DNA from: an uncultured Alphaproteobacteria bacterium
GTDB taxonomy: Bacteria > Pseudomonadota > Alphaproteobacteria > Rs-D84
DNA: 64,000 bases
Direction: 5' to 3'
Assembly (NCBI GenBank): GCA_947646585.1
Contig: CANSHD010000001.1
Coordinates: 45,291-109,290, forward strand
The notes below the pieces were generated by a model. That model was not told where the DNA came from. It saw only the letters and a program-made list of their open reading frames with translations, and did no database searches. A program made the position numbers and the translations under genes. Of this stretch, positions 1 through 9,496 are shown piece after piece (position 1 is the first letter of the stretch; every line of letters begins with the position of its first letter).

Positions 1-77
1 TATCCGCCTGAGTGATGCGCCGCCACGCATCGCTTTACCCGGCGGCCGAACCGGTCGGCCACCGGGATTTTTTTATT

Positions 78-1049
78 TTACTGACCGCCCTCGCGTTCAA
101 TAACCTCCCATGCATATGCAGAGTTGTTATATGTCAAAACGCACTTATTCGCCGGGTTCGCACATTTGTCGGTCGGGGCCGGAATCGCCGCGTTGGCCGT
201 GGCCTGTGCCGCCGCCGCGTCGGTGATGCCCTTGGTCGCATCGGACTGCGCCTTTTCAACCGCCGTTGTCAACGCGGTGTCCGCCGCCTTGTACGCGGTA
301 TCCATCGCAGAGATGGCGTCGGCGTTTTCCTTGATGTCCGCCTTTACCGCCGCATCATCATATTCCGCACCGGCCGCCGCTTCTGTAATCATTTCGACAA
401 CGGTCTTGCCCTCGGCAACCGTACCGATTTTTGCATTGATTGCCGTATCAGCCGCTTTATATGCCGTATCCAATGCCGTGATATCAGAGGCGTTTTTCTG
501 AACCGCCGCATTGTTCGTTGTCTGATATGCGGTCAAGGCAGACGCCGCATCGGTACCGGCCTTTTTCGCATCGGCAACCGCCGTATCAACTTCTGTCTTG
601 GTGTATGTTGTGGCCTTGTCGGCTTTCAAACTCAACGCCGCATTCATATCGGTCGTTTTTGTATAATCCGCCAACGCACCTGCAATCTGATTTGCAACAC
701 TGCCATCGCCCGTGGTCAATCCGGAAACGGTTGCCTGCAATGTATCAATTTCACCTTCGGCCGTTGTCACACGTGTGCCCAATGCGTTTACATCGGAGGC
801 ATCAGCCTTGGCATCCAAGGCCTTGGCGATATCGGATGTCGGACTTTCCAAATTTGTCTTTATTTCCTGGGTGATTGTGTCGCCAATGTTGGTTGTGAAT
901 TCGTTGACCGTCGTCTCTAAACCATCAACTTTTGTATCAACCGCACCAACACGCGCATCTACATAAGCTTTAGACGTGACAGCAGCACTGGCATCTGCTG
1001 CAACCAAGCCCAAAACAACCGTGAAAATACCAGTAGTCAGCTTTTTCAT
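78..1049 (-). CDS. Secreted Ala/Thr-rich coiled-coil (fibre-like) surface protein with C-terminal P-x-P-xxx-C...CVL...W motif
   Basis: Sec signal peptide (MKKLTTG...ASA), YTKTEVD/KADKA repeats, C-terminus IPAPTDKCANPANKCVLTYNNSAYAW shared with the neighbouring gene. Confidence 0.75.
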   Translation of the reverse strand: MKKLTTGIFTVVLGLVAADASAAVTSKAYVDARVGAVDTKVDGLETTVNEFTTNIGDTITQEIKTNLESPTSDIAKALDAKADASDVNALGTRVTTAEGEIDTLQATVSGLTTGDGSVANQIAGALADYTKTTDMNAALSLKADKATTYTKTEVDTAVADAKKAGTDAASALTAYQTTNNAAVQKNASDITALDTAYKAADTAINAKIGTVAEGKTVVEMITEAAAGAEYDDAAVKADIKENADAISAMDTAYKAADTALTTAVEKAQSDATKGITDAAAAQATANAAIPAPTDKCANPANKCVLTYNNSAYAWEVIEREGGQ

Positions 1050-1084
1050 TATTTATTTCTTTCCTTCATTTTTTTACTTAAAAC

Positions 1085-1888
1085 TTATTCACCCGTGCCG
1101 GCGGCTTCCAGCGGCGAGGTTACATCCAGCCACATCAGGCTTTTACCGGTCGTATCAACCGACAATACGCAACGGCCGGATTCAGACGCACATGCACCGG
1201 TCGGCTGCGGAATTGCCAATTCGATAATCTTGGCGTCCGCTTCGGCCTTTGTGTAAACATCCGTCGCATTTGCCTTCTTGTCCAGTTCGGTCTTCAGCGT
1301 GCCACTGGCCACAGAGTTATCAATGGCATCCTTTACAACGGTACCATCACCGACAATATTGGTAATAATTTCTTTTACGGAATCATTCCCTTCCAAGGCT
1401 TCCGTAATCTTTTCTGTTACGGTTGTATTCGTAACCAGTTCGGAAGACGCAACCGTGCCGGCAACATAATTACCGCTTGCATCGATTACCGCAACGTTGC
1501 CCGCCTTGATGGCTTCACCGGTCAGCTTGTCCGCTTTGCCCGCAACATCTGTTTCCAGCCCTTCAACCGTCGTGCTCAAGTTGTTAACGGTTGTGTTAAT
1601 CTGGGTCACTGTCGCCGCATCGGCTTTTGTATCCAACGCTTCGTCAATGGCTGTTTTCAGTTCGCTGTTTTCAGATTTCAACTCATTTGTAATGTTGTTG
1701 ACGATAACATCCTGCAACTGTTCGGTTTTTGTATAGTTGTTTTCAATTGTTGTCTGCAAGGTCTGAACATCGGTCTTTACCTTGTCGTCAACATACTGCT
1801 TGCTGGCAATCTGGGGTGCCGCGCTTGCCGCGCCGGTGGCCAGGATGGCCGCCGCAAATACAGAAAAAGCAATGTTTTTTACTTTCAT
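1085..1888 (-). CDS. Secreted fibre-like surface protein, paralogue of 78..1049
   Basis: Signal peptide, SKQYVD N-terminal motif, YTKAEAD repeat, C-terminus IPQPTGACASESGRCVLSVD...W. Confidence 0.75.
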   Translation of the reverse strand: MKVKNIAFSVFAAAILATGAASAAPQIASKQYVDDKVKTDVQTLQTTIENNYTKTEQLQDVIVNNITNELKSENSELKTAIDEALDTKADAATVTQINTTVNNLSTTVEGLETDVAGKADKLTGEAIKAGNVAVIDASGNYVAGTVASSELVTNTTVTEKITEALEGNDSVKEIITNIVGDGTVVKDAIDNSVASGTLKTELDKKANATDVYTKAEADAKIIELAIPQPTGACASESGRCVLSVDTTGKSLMWLDVTSPLEAAGTGE

Positions 1889-1942
1889 TTTTTTCCTTCC
1901 TTTTTATATCCCTGTAATGGCCCAAGGGCCGTTTTCAAACTG

Positions 1943-3964
1943 TTAGTTCAACGAAGCAGCCTTATTGTCCAATTCGGTCACAACCTCGAACCAGCCCTTT
2001 TGACCATTGCTGACCGCAAGGACATAATCCCCATCGGTCGGCGCATCGGCGGTCGTAACCGCCTGGTCAGCCTTGGCCAACGATGTCTGAACATCGGCGG
2101 CCAGTTTTTCTTTTGCAATTGCCGCGTTTTCCGCAACATCCGCATTTGAAATCGTGTCTTTCCTTGCTAAAGCACCCAAATCGGCCGTATTCGCCTTTTT
2201 GGCCAATTCGGCATCGACATAATCCGTCTTGGCATAGGCCTTCAGCGCTTCGTCCATATCACCGGCAACAACATCGGCAACCTTTTCGTCAACCTCTGTC
2301 TTGGTGTATGCGTCCGTAATTCCATAACCCGCCAGCGTCGTCGCCTTGTCGGCCTTGTTCGCCAAACCTGCCGTCGCCGCATCGGCCGCGGTCTTGGCCG
2401 CAGATGCAACCGTCGTCGCAGACGCTGCATCGGATGCCGCCGCATCGGCCGCGGTCTTGGCGGAATCCGCCGCCACCTTTGCCGTATCGGCCGCCGTTTT
2501 CGCCGCAGACGCCAGTGCCGCCGCCTCGTTCGCGGCGGTTGTTGCCGCCGTGGCCGCAGATGTCGCGGTTGTCGCCGCAGTGTTTGCCGCGGATGCGGTT
2601 GTCGCCGCACCGGATGCAATCTCGTTCACATCGTCAATGGCCGCCTCCGCCTGTGTCACGCGCGTTGCCAATCCGGTAACCGTCGCAACATCGGCCTTGC
2701 CGTCCAGCGCCGTCTTGTCGGCCTTTAAGCTCAACGCGGCATCAACATCTTCAGATTTTGCATAGGCTTTTAAAGCCTCGCTCATATCGCCGGCAACAAC
2801 ATCGGCAACCTTTTCGTCAACCTGTGTCTTCGTATAAACGTCGGCCGCATTCGCCTTTGCCGCCAGCTCTTCCTTGGTCGCCAAAGAATCCAACGCCGTC
2901 TTGTCGGCCTTTGCCGCAAGACCCGTGTTCATTTCCGCCTTGGTCGCCAAATCGGCCGTGGCATTGTCAATCGCCGCCGCGACACCGGTATTGGTGGCAT
3001 ACAACGCCAACGATGTCTTGTCCGCCTTGCCGTCAAGCGCCGCGTTCATTTCCGTAACGGTCACATAATTCGTTGTGGCATTCGAAATAGCCTTGGCAAT
3101 TTCGGAATTCATAAATTCTTTGGTCGGATACAGGTCAGAGTTCAGCCCCTCGCCCGGGTCACCCTTATCACCTTTGTCACCCTTGTCGCCCTTGTCGCCC
3201 TTCTCACCTTTTTCACCGGCCGGTCCCTGGGGTCCCATGGCGCCGTCCGCACCATCCGCACCGGTAATCGCGGACAAGGCAATCAATTCCTGCCACACCG
3301 GGTCATCCTTATAGCGCCACAACAGGTGTGTCGTATTGGAACCGATTTCAACCTCGCGACCGTCTTTGCCGGCAACCGCATCCAGATTTGCCTGCAGAGC
3401 ATCGACGTCCAAATATATTTCATCTTTGTCTATAACGATATAGTCATCGACCGGCGTCAGGACATTCTGCTTGTCAGACAAGGCCGCATCAACATCGCCC
3501 TTTTCGTACATGCCATCAACACGCGATTCCAGTTCGCCGACACGCCCTTCCAGCTCCGCCGCGACGCCCGGATTCATCGAACCGCCGGTATTACCGCTGC
3601 TTGTTGTGCCGCCAGGCTTTTGATTTTTAATGGAACTGCCGCCGCTGACCGATGTGCCGCCACCCAAATATTTACCAATGGACAGTCGCGGCGCTGTCGC
3701 AACGCGGCCCGTGGTCGTAGTCCCCTTGGACGCGGATGACGATGCCGATGTCGCACCGACGGACGGCGTCACGCGCATGGAACCCGCACGCACCGCATTC
3801 GTCGCCCTGCCGGACGAGCCGCCGGTCGCCGCCGCGGACGTGCCGGTATATGTCCCGGCGCCACCCAACGAACGAACCGAGGCCGCCGCAAAAGCACTGG
3901 AAATAGCCGACGTGCACAGCACACAAACAACAGCCAATCGTGATATTTGAACTTCGTATTTCAT
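1943..3964 (-). CDS. Secreted collagen-like / coiled-coil fibre protein
   Basis: Signal peptide, Gly-X-Y run (GADGADGAMGPQGPAGEKGEKGDKGDKGDKGDKGDPG), duplicated YTKTxVDEKVADVVAGDMxEALKAYAK block, ATTLAGYGITDAYTK motif typical of phage tail fibres. Confidence 0.8.
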   Translation of the reverse strand: MKYEVQISRLAVVCVLCTSAISSAFAAASVRSLGGAGTYTGTSAAATGGSSGRATNAVRAGSMRVTPSVGATSASSSASKGTTTTGRVATAPRLSIGKYLGGGTSVSGGSSIKNQKPGGTTSSGNTGGSMNPGVAAELEGRVGELESRVDGMYEKGDVDAALSDKQNVLTPVDDYIVIDKDEIYLDVDALQANLDAVAGKDGREVEIGSNTTHLLWRYKDDPVWQELIALSAITGADGADGAMGPQGPAGEKGEKGDKGDKGDKGDKGDPGEGLNSDLYPTKEFMNSEIAKAISNATTNYVTVTEMNAALDGKADKTSLALYATNTGVAAAIDNATADLATKAEMNTGLAAKADKTALDSLATKEELAAKANAADVYTKTQVDEKVADVVAGDMSEALKAYAKSEDVDAALSLKADKTALDGKADVATVTGLATRVTQAEAAIDDVNEIASGAATTASAANTAATTATSAATAATTAANEAAALASAAKTAADTAKVAADSAKTAADAAASDAASATTVASAAKTAADAATAGLANKADKATTLAGYGITDAYTKTEVDEKVADVVAGDMDEALKAYAKTDYVDAELAKKANTADLGALARKDTISNADVAENAAIAKEKLAADVQTSLAKADQAVTTADAPTDGDYVLAVSNGQKGWFEVVTELDNKAASLN

Positions 3965-4025
3965 AACTCTCTCTACACCTGCAATGATACCATACTTTTG
4001 CGAATCGGGTCAATACCTTTTCGTA

Positions 4026-4760
4026 CTAAAATTCGTAACGAATACCCAGCGACACGGAATTGTCCAGAATCATGCCGGTTTTGCTTTTGAACCAATACGT
4101 GTTGTCGTCCACATCCTGGAAATGCAGTTTCAGTTCACTGCCCGTCATTCCCGCCAGACGATAACGCAAATCCACAACCAGGTTGTCGTCCAGTTCATGC
4201 GTCCAACCAAACATCAGCGCACCCATCGGCGAAAAAGCGGTCTTTTCCTTGTCATAACCGCTGAAATAGTCGCCGCTTATTTTGTAATTGGCAATTGTCG
4301 CGCCGACACCCGCGCCGACATACAGACCGTTTGTAAAATCATAATATCCGCTGGCCATCAAATACGGCATGGAGATGGAGAATTTTGCAACCGCGTCCTC
4401 ATCTTCGAAAAAGCCCAGATAGCCCGCCTCCAATTCGGCGCGCCAGAAATAGTTTATCTTTTTACCGGCCGCCAAGGAACCGCCGAATACCGGCTCAAAA
4501 GAATATTTGTCATCGCTGTGGCTTTCATCCGCTGCGAATTCCGCGGCCGCGCTGTACTTGTTTTTAAAGTTCAGCATGCTTAATTCCGCACGTCCCGTCA
4601 CGTACCAGCCCGTCTTGGCCTTGTCTTTATAACTATATGTGACGTCATAACCGCCTTTTGAGTCTTTTGTTATATGACTGGGGGTCGCATTACGCACCGC
4701 AGAAAAAGCCGGCATTGTCACCAAACCCATCAATATACTTAAAGATACTAATTTTTTCAT
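4026..4760 (-). CDS. Outer-membrane beta-barrel protein (porin/opacity-like)
   Basis: Signal peptide from MKKLVS, RAELE motif, C-terminal SLGIRYEF beta-signal. Confidence 0.8.
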   Translation of the reverse strand: MKKLVSLSILMGLVTMPAFSAVRNATPSHITKDSKGGYDVTYSYKDKAKTGWYVTGRAELSMLNFKNKYSAAAEFAADESHSDDKYSFEPVFGGSLAAGKKINYFWRAELEAGYLGFFEDEDAVAKFSISMPYLMASGYYDFTNGLYVGAGVGATIANYKISGDYFSGYDKEKTAFSPMGALMFGWTHELDDNLVVDLRYRLAGMTGSELKLHFQDVDDNTYWFKSKTGMILDNSVSLGIRYEF

Positions 4761-4897
4761 AAAAACACCCTCCAAATTTTTTCCTAAGTATATCACAAAA
4801 GCCCTCTCAATCCAAAAACAAAATCAAATATTGACATGATTTCTGTTTTTTTGCTACGTTTCTTAACGTACAAAAATTCATGCAAAGGGGTAAGGAT

Positions 4898-5302
4898 ATG
4901 AAAAAGCTTTTCTTTTTATTTTGCGCATTGACTTTGGCGGCATGCGGCGGGGTAAAAATGCCTTCGAATGTAAATGACGAAAAAGTATTTTTTGCATTTG
5001 ATTCCGCTGAGGTTTCACCCGAAATGTCGCGCGACCTGCAGGGCCAGGCGCTGTACATGAAAAAGCATCCGGACGTAAACGTCACACTGGAGGGGCACTG
5101 TGACGAACGCGGCAGCACGGAGTACAACCTGGCGTTGGGCGCGCTGCGTGCCGGAAACGCGGCGCACGTTTTGACCAAGGACGGAATCGAACCGTCGCGC
5201 GTAAAAACGATTTCCTATGGCAAGGAGCGTCCCCAGTATTTCGGTACGGGCGAAAAAGTATGGGCAAAAAATCGTAATGCAACCACGCGCGTGGACAAAT
5301 AA
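4898..5302 (+). CDS. pal: Peptidoglycan-associated lipoprotein (OmpA-family domain)
   Basis: Lipobox LAAC; VFFAFDS, EGHCDERGSTEYNLALG, ISYGKERP motifs. Confidence 0.93.
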   Translation: MKKLFFLFCALTLAACGGVKMPSNVNDEKVFFAFDSAEVSPEMSRDLQGQALYMKKHPDVNVTLEGHCDERGSTEYNLALGALRAGNAAHVLTKDGIEPSRVKTISYGKERPQYFGTGEKVWAKNRNATTRVDK

Positions 5303-5377
5303 TAACGGGCGCCCCAGACGGGGCGCTGTTTTTATGTTTTCTTGACCGCAAAATAAAATTTTACTACCATCCGAATC

Positions 5378-6163
5378 ATGGAAGACAATACAGCTATATC
5401 TTTTGCAAATGTCGCCGCACGCTATGAACATGGCGCCGACGTTTTAACCGACGTGTCTTTTAACATCAGTGCGGGCGCGTTCTATTTTCTATCCGGCGCA
5501 TCGGGCGCGGGCAAGACGACGCTGCTGCGGCTGATATACCAGTTGCACACGCCGTCCGCAGGCCAGATAAAATTGTTTGGGCGCACGACCGCGGACATAT
5601 CGCGCGACGATATCGCCGCCCTGCGCCAGAAAATGGCAATCGTTTTTCAGGAATACTCCCTGTTAAGCCATCTGACGGTGTTTGACAACATCGCCCTGCC
5701 CCTGCGGGTGCGCGGCGTGCCGGAGGCAAAGATAAAAAAACTGGTGGCCAAGGTTTTGGACTGGGTGGGTCTTGGCAAATATGCCGACGCAAACCCGCGC
5801 TCGCTTTCCGGCGGCCAGCAGCAGCGCGTATCCGTAGCACGTGCGATTATCGTACAGCCGGCAATCCTGCTGGCGGACGAACCGACGGGCAACCTGGACG
5901 ATGAAAACGCATCGCGCCTGATGGAATTGTTTATTCAGATGAACAAGCTGTTCGGTACGACAATTATCCTGGCGACGCATAATAAAAAACTTATGGATAC
6001 TTACAAATTCCCGGTTCTGCACGTGGAAAATCATCGTGTCGGATTCGTGGGCAAGGCGCCCGCGCCCGCAACGCCGGCCGCCCAAAAGGTATGGAAGGGA
6101 CCGAAACCGCAAAATTATTTTGCAGAATTATCAAAACAGTTTGACGATATTGGGAACGCATAA
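5378..6163 (+). CDS. ftsE: Cell division ABC ATPase FtsE
   Basis: Walker [28 protein letters not shown]; immediately upstream of ftsX-like gene. Confidence 0.9.
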   Translation: MEDNTAISFANVAARYEHGADVLTDVSFNISAGAFYFLSGASGAGKTTLLRLIYQLHTPSAGQIKLFGRTTADISRDDIAALRQKMAIVFQEYSLLSHLTVFDNIALPLRVRGVPEAKIKKLVAKVLDWVGLGKYADANPRSLSGGQQQRVSVARAIIVQPAILLADEPTGNLDDENASRLMELFIQMNKLFGTTIILATHNKKLMDTYKFPVLHVENHRVGFVGKAPAPATPAAQKVWKGPKPQNYFAELSKQFDDIGNA

Positions 6164-7003
6164 ATGAAAACACCGGTTGTATTTTCTCTTGTCCGCGAGC
6201 AGTCCGTCTTTATGACGGTCATCATGGCGTTGCTGACATTTTTATCAGTAATCGCGCTGGGTGTGGCGATTGCCATCGGAACGGGCGTCGCACGCTGGAA
6301 CGCGCAGTGGGATTTAATGGCGACCGTTCAGGTAATGCCGGGCCAGAACGCGGATGCGGCGGCAAAAATACTGGACGCGAACAAGGACAAAATCGCCTCC
6401 GTAAAAAAAGTATCCGCCGACGAAATGGCGGAACTGATGCGCCCATGGGTATCCGGCGGGGCGGCGGCGATGAAAAATTATCTGCCGGAAATGTATGAAA
6501 TAAAGTTAAACAAAAAATCCGACATGCAGGGACTGGCCGACAAATTTGCGGGCAACGCGCGCTTTCTGTCACATTCGACGGCCTTGGCCCCGGCAACTGG
6601 TGCCGGCTGGCGCATGATTGCGATTGCCGCATTGATTCTGTCAATGGCGCTGGGTGCGATTGGCGTGTGCATATCGTTTATCGCACGCAACACGGCCATG
6701 CTGCACCGGCGCGAATTGGAGATATTAAACCAGGTCGGCGCACGGGATAATTTTGTCGCACGCCAGATGCAGATTATCGTCGGCAAGATTTCAATCGTGG
6801 CCGCCGCCGCCGGATTTGTCGCCGCGGCGCCGGTACTGTTGCTGATACTGTCGGCGGCGCACACCACGCGCGTGGGCTTAATGGCGATGATGGCGTTAAA
6901 TGGCACGGCATGGCTGGTCCTGATGGCGCTGCCAATCGCAATCAGCATTTTCGCCATATGGATAACCGGCCGAACCACATTGAAAATTCTTAAAAACAAC
7001 TGA
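6164..7003 (+). CDS. ftsX: FtsX-like permease
   Basis: 4 TM layout, HRRELEILNQVGARDNFV resembles the FtsX EIxIMxLVGA motif; coupled to ftsE. Confidence 0.8.
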   Translation: MKTPVVFSLVREQSVFMTVIMALLTFLSVIALGVAIAIGTGVARWNAQWDLMATVQVMPGQNADAAAKILDANKDKIASVKKVSADEMAELMRPWVSGGAAAMKNYLPEMYEIKLNKKSDMQGLADKFAGNARFLSHSTALAPATGAGWRMIAIAALILSMALGAIGVCISFIARNTAMLHRRELEILNQVGARDNFVARQMQIIVGKISIVAAAAGFVAAAPVLLLILSAAHTTRVGLMAMMALNGTAWLVLMALPIAISIFAIWITGRTTLKILKNN

Positions 7004-7512
7004 TGAAATTTTTCACGCCCTCTTTTCTGGCATTTGCTTTATTCATCATGGGCGGCATGATGTTCAAATCAATGACGCCAAGTGTGTGCGGAACAATCCT
7101 GCCGGACGACAGCATATTCGTATTAACCGGCGACGCGCGCCGCATACCGTTCGCCATGCGCCAGATGCGCAAATACCCCGACGCCGACCTGTACATTATC
7201 GGGGCCGGCGGCATGGGCTCTTTTGAAATGGCGAAAAAAGTGACGGTCGAATCCGATTCGAAATCCACGTATCAGAATGCGTTGGCGATACGCGACATTG
7301 TTCAAAAAACAGGCCTGGACAGAATTGTCGTCGTCACAACCGAAGACCACATGAACCGCGCGCAGTATCTTATCCGCAAAGAGCTGCCGGAAACGGAGGT
7401 TGTCGCATGCCCGGTGCGCCTGATTGACATGCCCGCAACAAAAAGACTTGAACGATGGGCCACGGAATATATAAAATACATCGTTACAATGTTCGGAATA
7501 AAGGAAGGGTAA
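7003..7512 (+). CDS. YdcF/DUF218 family protein
   Basis: IFVLTG, STYQNA, VVTTEDHMNRA, EYIK motifs; ftsEX-DUF218-plsC order is typical of alphaproteobacteria. Confidence 0.8.
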   Translation: MKFFTPSFLAFALFIMGGMMFKSMTPSVCGTILPDDSIFVLTGDARRIPFAMRQMRKYPDADLYIIGAGGMGSFEMAKKVTVESDSKSTYQNALAIRDIVQKTGLDRIVVVTTEDHMNRAQYLIRKELPETEVVACPVRLIDMPATKRLERWATEYIKYIVTMFGIKEG

Positions 7513-7518
7513 ATTAAC

Positions 7519-8226
7519 ATGCTTCGCACAATTATATTCAAAATAATTTTGGCAATATACTTTGTACTGTGGGCGCCGTTTCTGCTGGTGGGATTGTTGA
7601 ACAAGCGCGTGAATGATTTCTTTGTTTTAACCGACGCGCGCGGCGTATTGGTCCTGGCACGGTGGATTGCCGGCATTCGCTATAAAATCCACTATCCGTT
7701 GACCGAGGAAAACGGCGTTCCGGTAAAGCCGAATGAAAACCTGCGCCTGGACGGCAAGGCCATTATCGCAGCCAAGCACATGTCCATATTGGAAATCGCA
7801 ATTTTGGCGACAAACATTCCAAAGTCGTTTTTTATAATAAAGCGCGAACTGTTGTGGATTCCGATTTACGGTTGGGCGTTCTGGCGCATGGGGCTGCAGC
7901 CTGTAAACCGCGCACGCGGAAAAACAAACATGAACAAATTGGCGAACGCGGTCGCCAAAAAAATCATGAACGGCCAGGTGCTGGTCATCTTCCCCGAGGG
8001 GACACGCGTAAGACCCGGCGCACGCCCGGCGTTAAAGCGCGGCCTGCTGTATCTGGCACATCAATTAAAGCTGCCGATTATGCCGGTCGGAACGGATGCC
8101 GGCGTATATTGGCCAAAGCGCGGAAAAATGCGCCCCGGCACGGCGAATGTGTATTTTGAGCCTCTGCTGCCATGCAACGCATCGTTGGATGAAATTCGCG
8201 ACGCAATAAACGAGCACAGTGCATAA
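7519..8226 (+). CDS. plsC: 1-acyl-sn-glycerol-3-phosphate acyltransferase
   Basis: KHMSILE (Hx4D/E), KREL..IP..GW, IFPEGTR motifs. Confidence 0.88.
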   Translation: MLRTIIFKIILAIYFVLWAPFLLVGLLNKRVNDFFVLTDARGVLVLARWIAGIRYKIHYPLTEENGVPVKPNENLRLDGKAIIAAKHMSILEIAILATNIPKSFFIIKRELLWIPIYGWAFWRMGLQPVNRARGKTNMNKLANAVAKKIMNGQVLVIFPEGTRVRPGARPALKRGLLYLAHQLKLPIMPVGTDAGVYWPKRGKMRPGTANVYFEPLLPCNASLDEIRDAINEHSA

Positions 8227-8299
8227 TCGCACGGACAAAATCCGCCGCACGGCGGATTTTTTATTTTACACACAAATCTTTTTATACTAGACTTTTATT

Positions 8300-8507
8300 G
8301 TCCGCGGGTATTCCACGGATGAGGACTTGAAACCTCTCTTATAACGCGGTGCATCGCGATAGCATGCATGTGTATCTCCAATCTAAAACGGGTTGGAGGG
8401 TGGCGAATATTTTGAATAAGCCCGCTATTTTATAAGATAGTTTCAAGCCTCCAACCGCCTGAATTTTTTCAGCGGTTTTTTCATTCGTTTGAAAAAAGGA
8501 GGTTTGA
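8300..8507 (+). promoter_or_regulatory. Structured 5' leader/attenuator, copy 1 (C4/CI-like)
   Basis: Hairpin GAGG-ACTTGAAA-CCTC (8321-8336); CTCCAAT/GTTGGAG hairpin; downstream TTATAAGA..GTTTCAAG complementary to the upstream boxes; CCTCCAACCGCCTGAA-TTTT-TTCAGCGG-T6 terminator; RBS AGGAGG. Confidence 0.8.
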
Positions 8508-9062
8508 ATGAAAAAATTACTAACCGCCGCCATCATCGGTGTGGCCGGTGTCGGCAACGCGCATGCGGCGCGGAACTGCTGTGCCACGGCGCCATGCTGC
8601 ATATCAGCGAGCAGCAGCTGCAGCCATGACAGCAGCTGCACCAGCACCCTTACATGTAATTGCGGCACATCCAGTACGGGATTGACAAACCAATACGGAA
8701 TTGTTGCGACAACAACACAAAAACAAGAGGTGTACTGCGTCGGCCAAACGGCATATTCCAAATGCGTCGCCGGCACAACCACATACAAATGCGCCAGCGG
8801 TTATTACGGCACGGCGACATCCGCATCGGCCGGATGCACGGTGTGCCCCGCCAATGCGACATGCGCGGGCGGCAACGGCTCTACATTTAGATGCAATGCC
8901 AATTATTACAAAAGCGGCGCCGCGTGCCAGCCCTGCCCCAACAGCGGGGAATCAACGGCCGGCGCAACATCCATAACATCATGTTATCTGCCGTCGGGAA
9001 CAACATTCAGCGATTCCACCGGCAGCGGAACCTATACCGGGAACTGCTATTATTCAAACTAA
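8508..9062 (+). CDS. Small secreted cysteine-rich protein
   Basis: Strong RBS, signal peptide (AHA), many Cys, C-terminal CP..G...ITSCYLPSGTTFSDSTGSGTYTGNCYY. Confidence 0.85.
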   Translation: MKKLLTAAIIGVAGVGNAHAARNCCATAPCCISASSSCSHDSSCTSTLTCNCGTSSTGLTNQYGIVATTTQKQEVYCVGQTAYSKCVAGTTTYKCASGYYGTATSASAGCTVCPANATCAGGNGSTFRCNANYYKSGAACQPCPNSGESTAGATSITSCYLPSGTTFSDSTGSGTYTGNCYYSN

Positions 9063-9084
9063 AAAACGCCCGCACGGGCGTTTT

Positions 9085-9495
9085 TTAATCACACCAGCCG
9101 GCACGCCGACCACCGGAATACGGCCGCCCCAGCTTTTCGGAAATCAGCACCGCGCCGACGTCGCGCCCGTCGGCCGTCTTTACATATGCGTCAATTCGGC
9201 CCAGATATTTGTCGTCTTTGATTTTGCTAAGCTCAACCACACTGCCGACCGGAATCAGTTCCGCCAGACGTTCCTTGGCCCGCAATGCCGCCCTGATTTC
9301 AGAATCACACGCCCCGTGAATTTCCGGCGTATCAACATTCATCAGCCTTACGCGGACGGAAATGTTGATATCGTCTTCAAGATTTACGTACGCCGCAAAC
9401 GTGTCGCCGTCAAATATATAATCAACCGTTGCCGGCGTGGCAACCGCCACGCCGGAATTAAACAACGCAAAAACCAATAAAACGATTTTCTTCAT
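9085..9495 (-). CDS. Secreted thermonuclease (SNase-like)
   Basis: Signal peptide; DGDTF, VRLMNVDTPE, DKYLGR motifs. Confidence 0.88.
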   Translation of the reverse strand: MKKIVLLVFALFNSGVAVATPATVDYIFDGDTFAAYVNLEDDINISVRVRLMNVDTPEIHGACDSEIRAALRAKERLAELIPVGSVVELSKIKDDKYLGRIDAYVKTADGRDVGAVLISEKLGRPYSGGRRAGWCD

Positions 9496-9496
9496 A

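Noticed and set aside
12-920. Long antisense or alternate-frame ORFs (e.g. 12..920, 21419..22324, 38757..39743, 60790..61578)
   Set aside because: Shadows of GC-rich genuine genes, with Arg-rich composition and no RBS or motifs
3160-3260. Short tandem repeats as a CRISPR array or VNTR
   Set aside because: They are in-frame Gly-X-Y codons; no spacers or cas genes anywhere in the window
78-3964. Prophage tail region
   Set aside because: The proteins have Sec signals and no capsid, terminase, integrase or other tail genes are present
8391-8456. GGTTGGAGG/CCTCCAACC inverted repeats in the leaders as DNA inversion sites
   Set aside because: They overlap a terminator, have a third competing partner with G-U pairs, enclose no clear promoter or start, and lack the GCCTAA arms; RNA attenuation fits better
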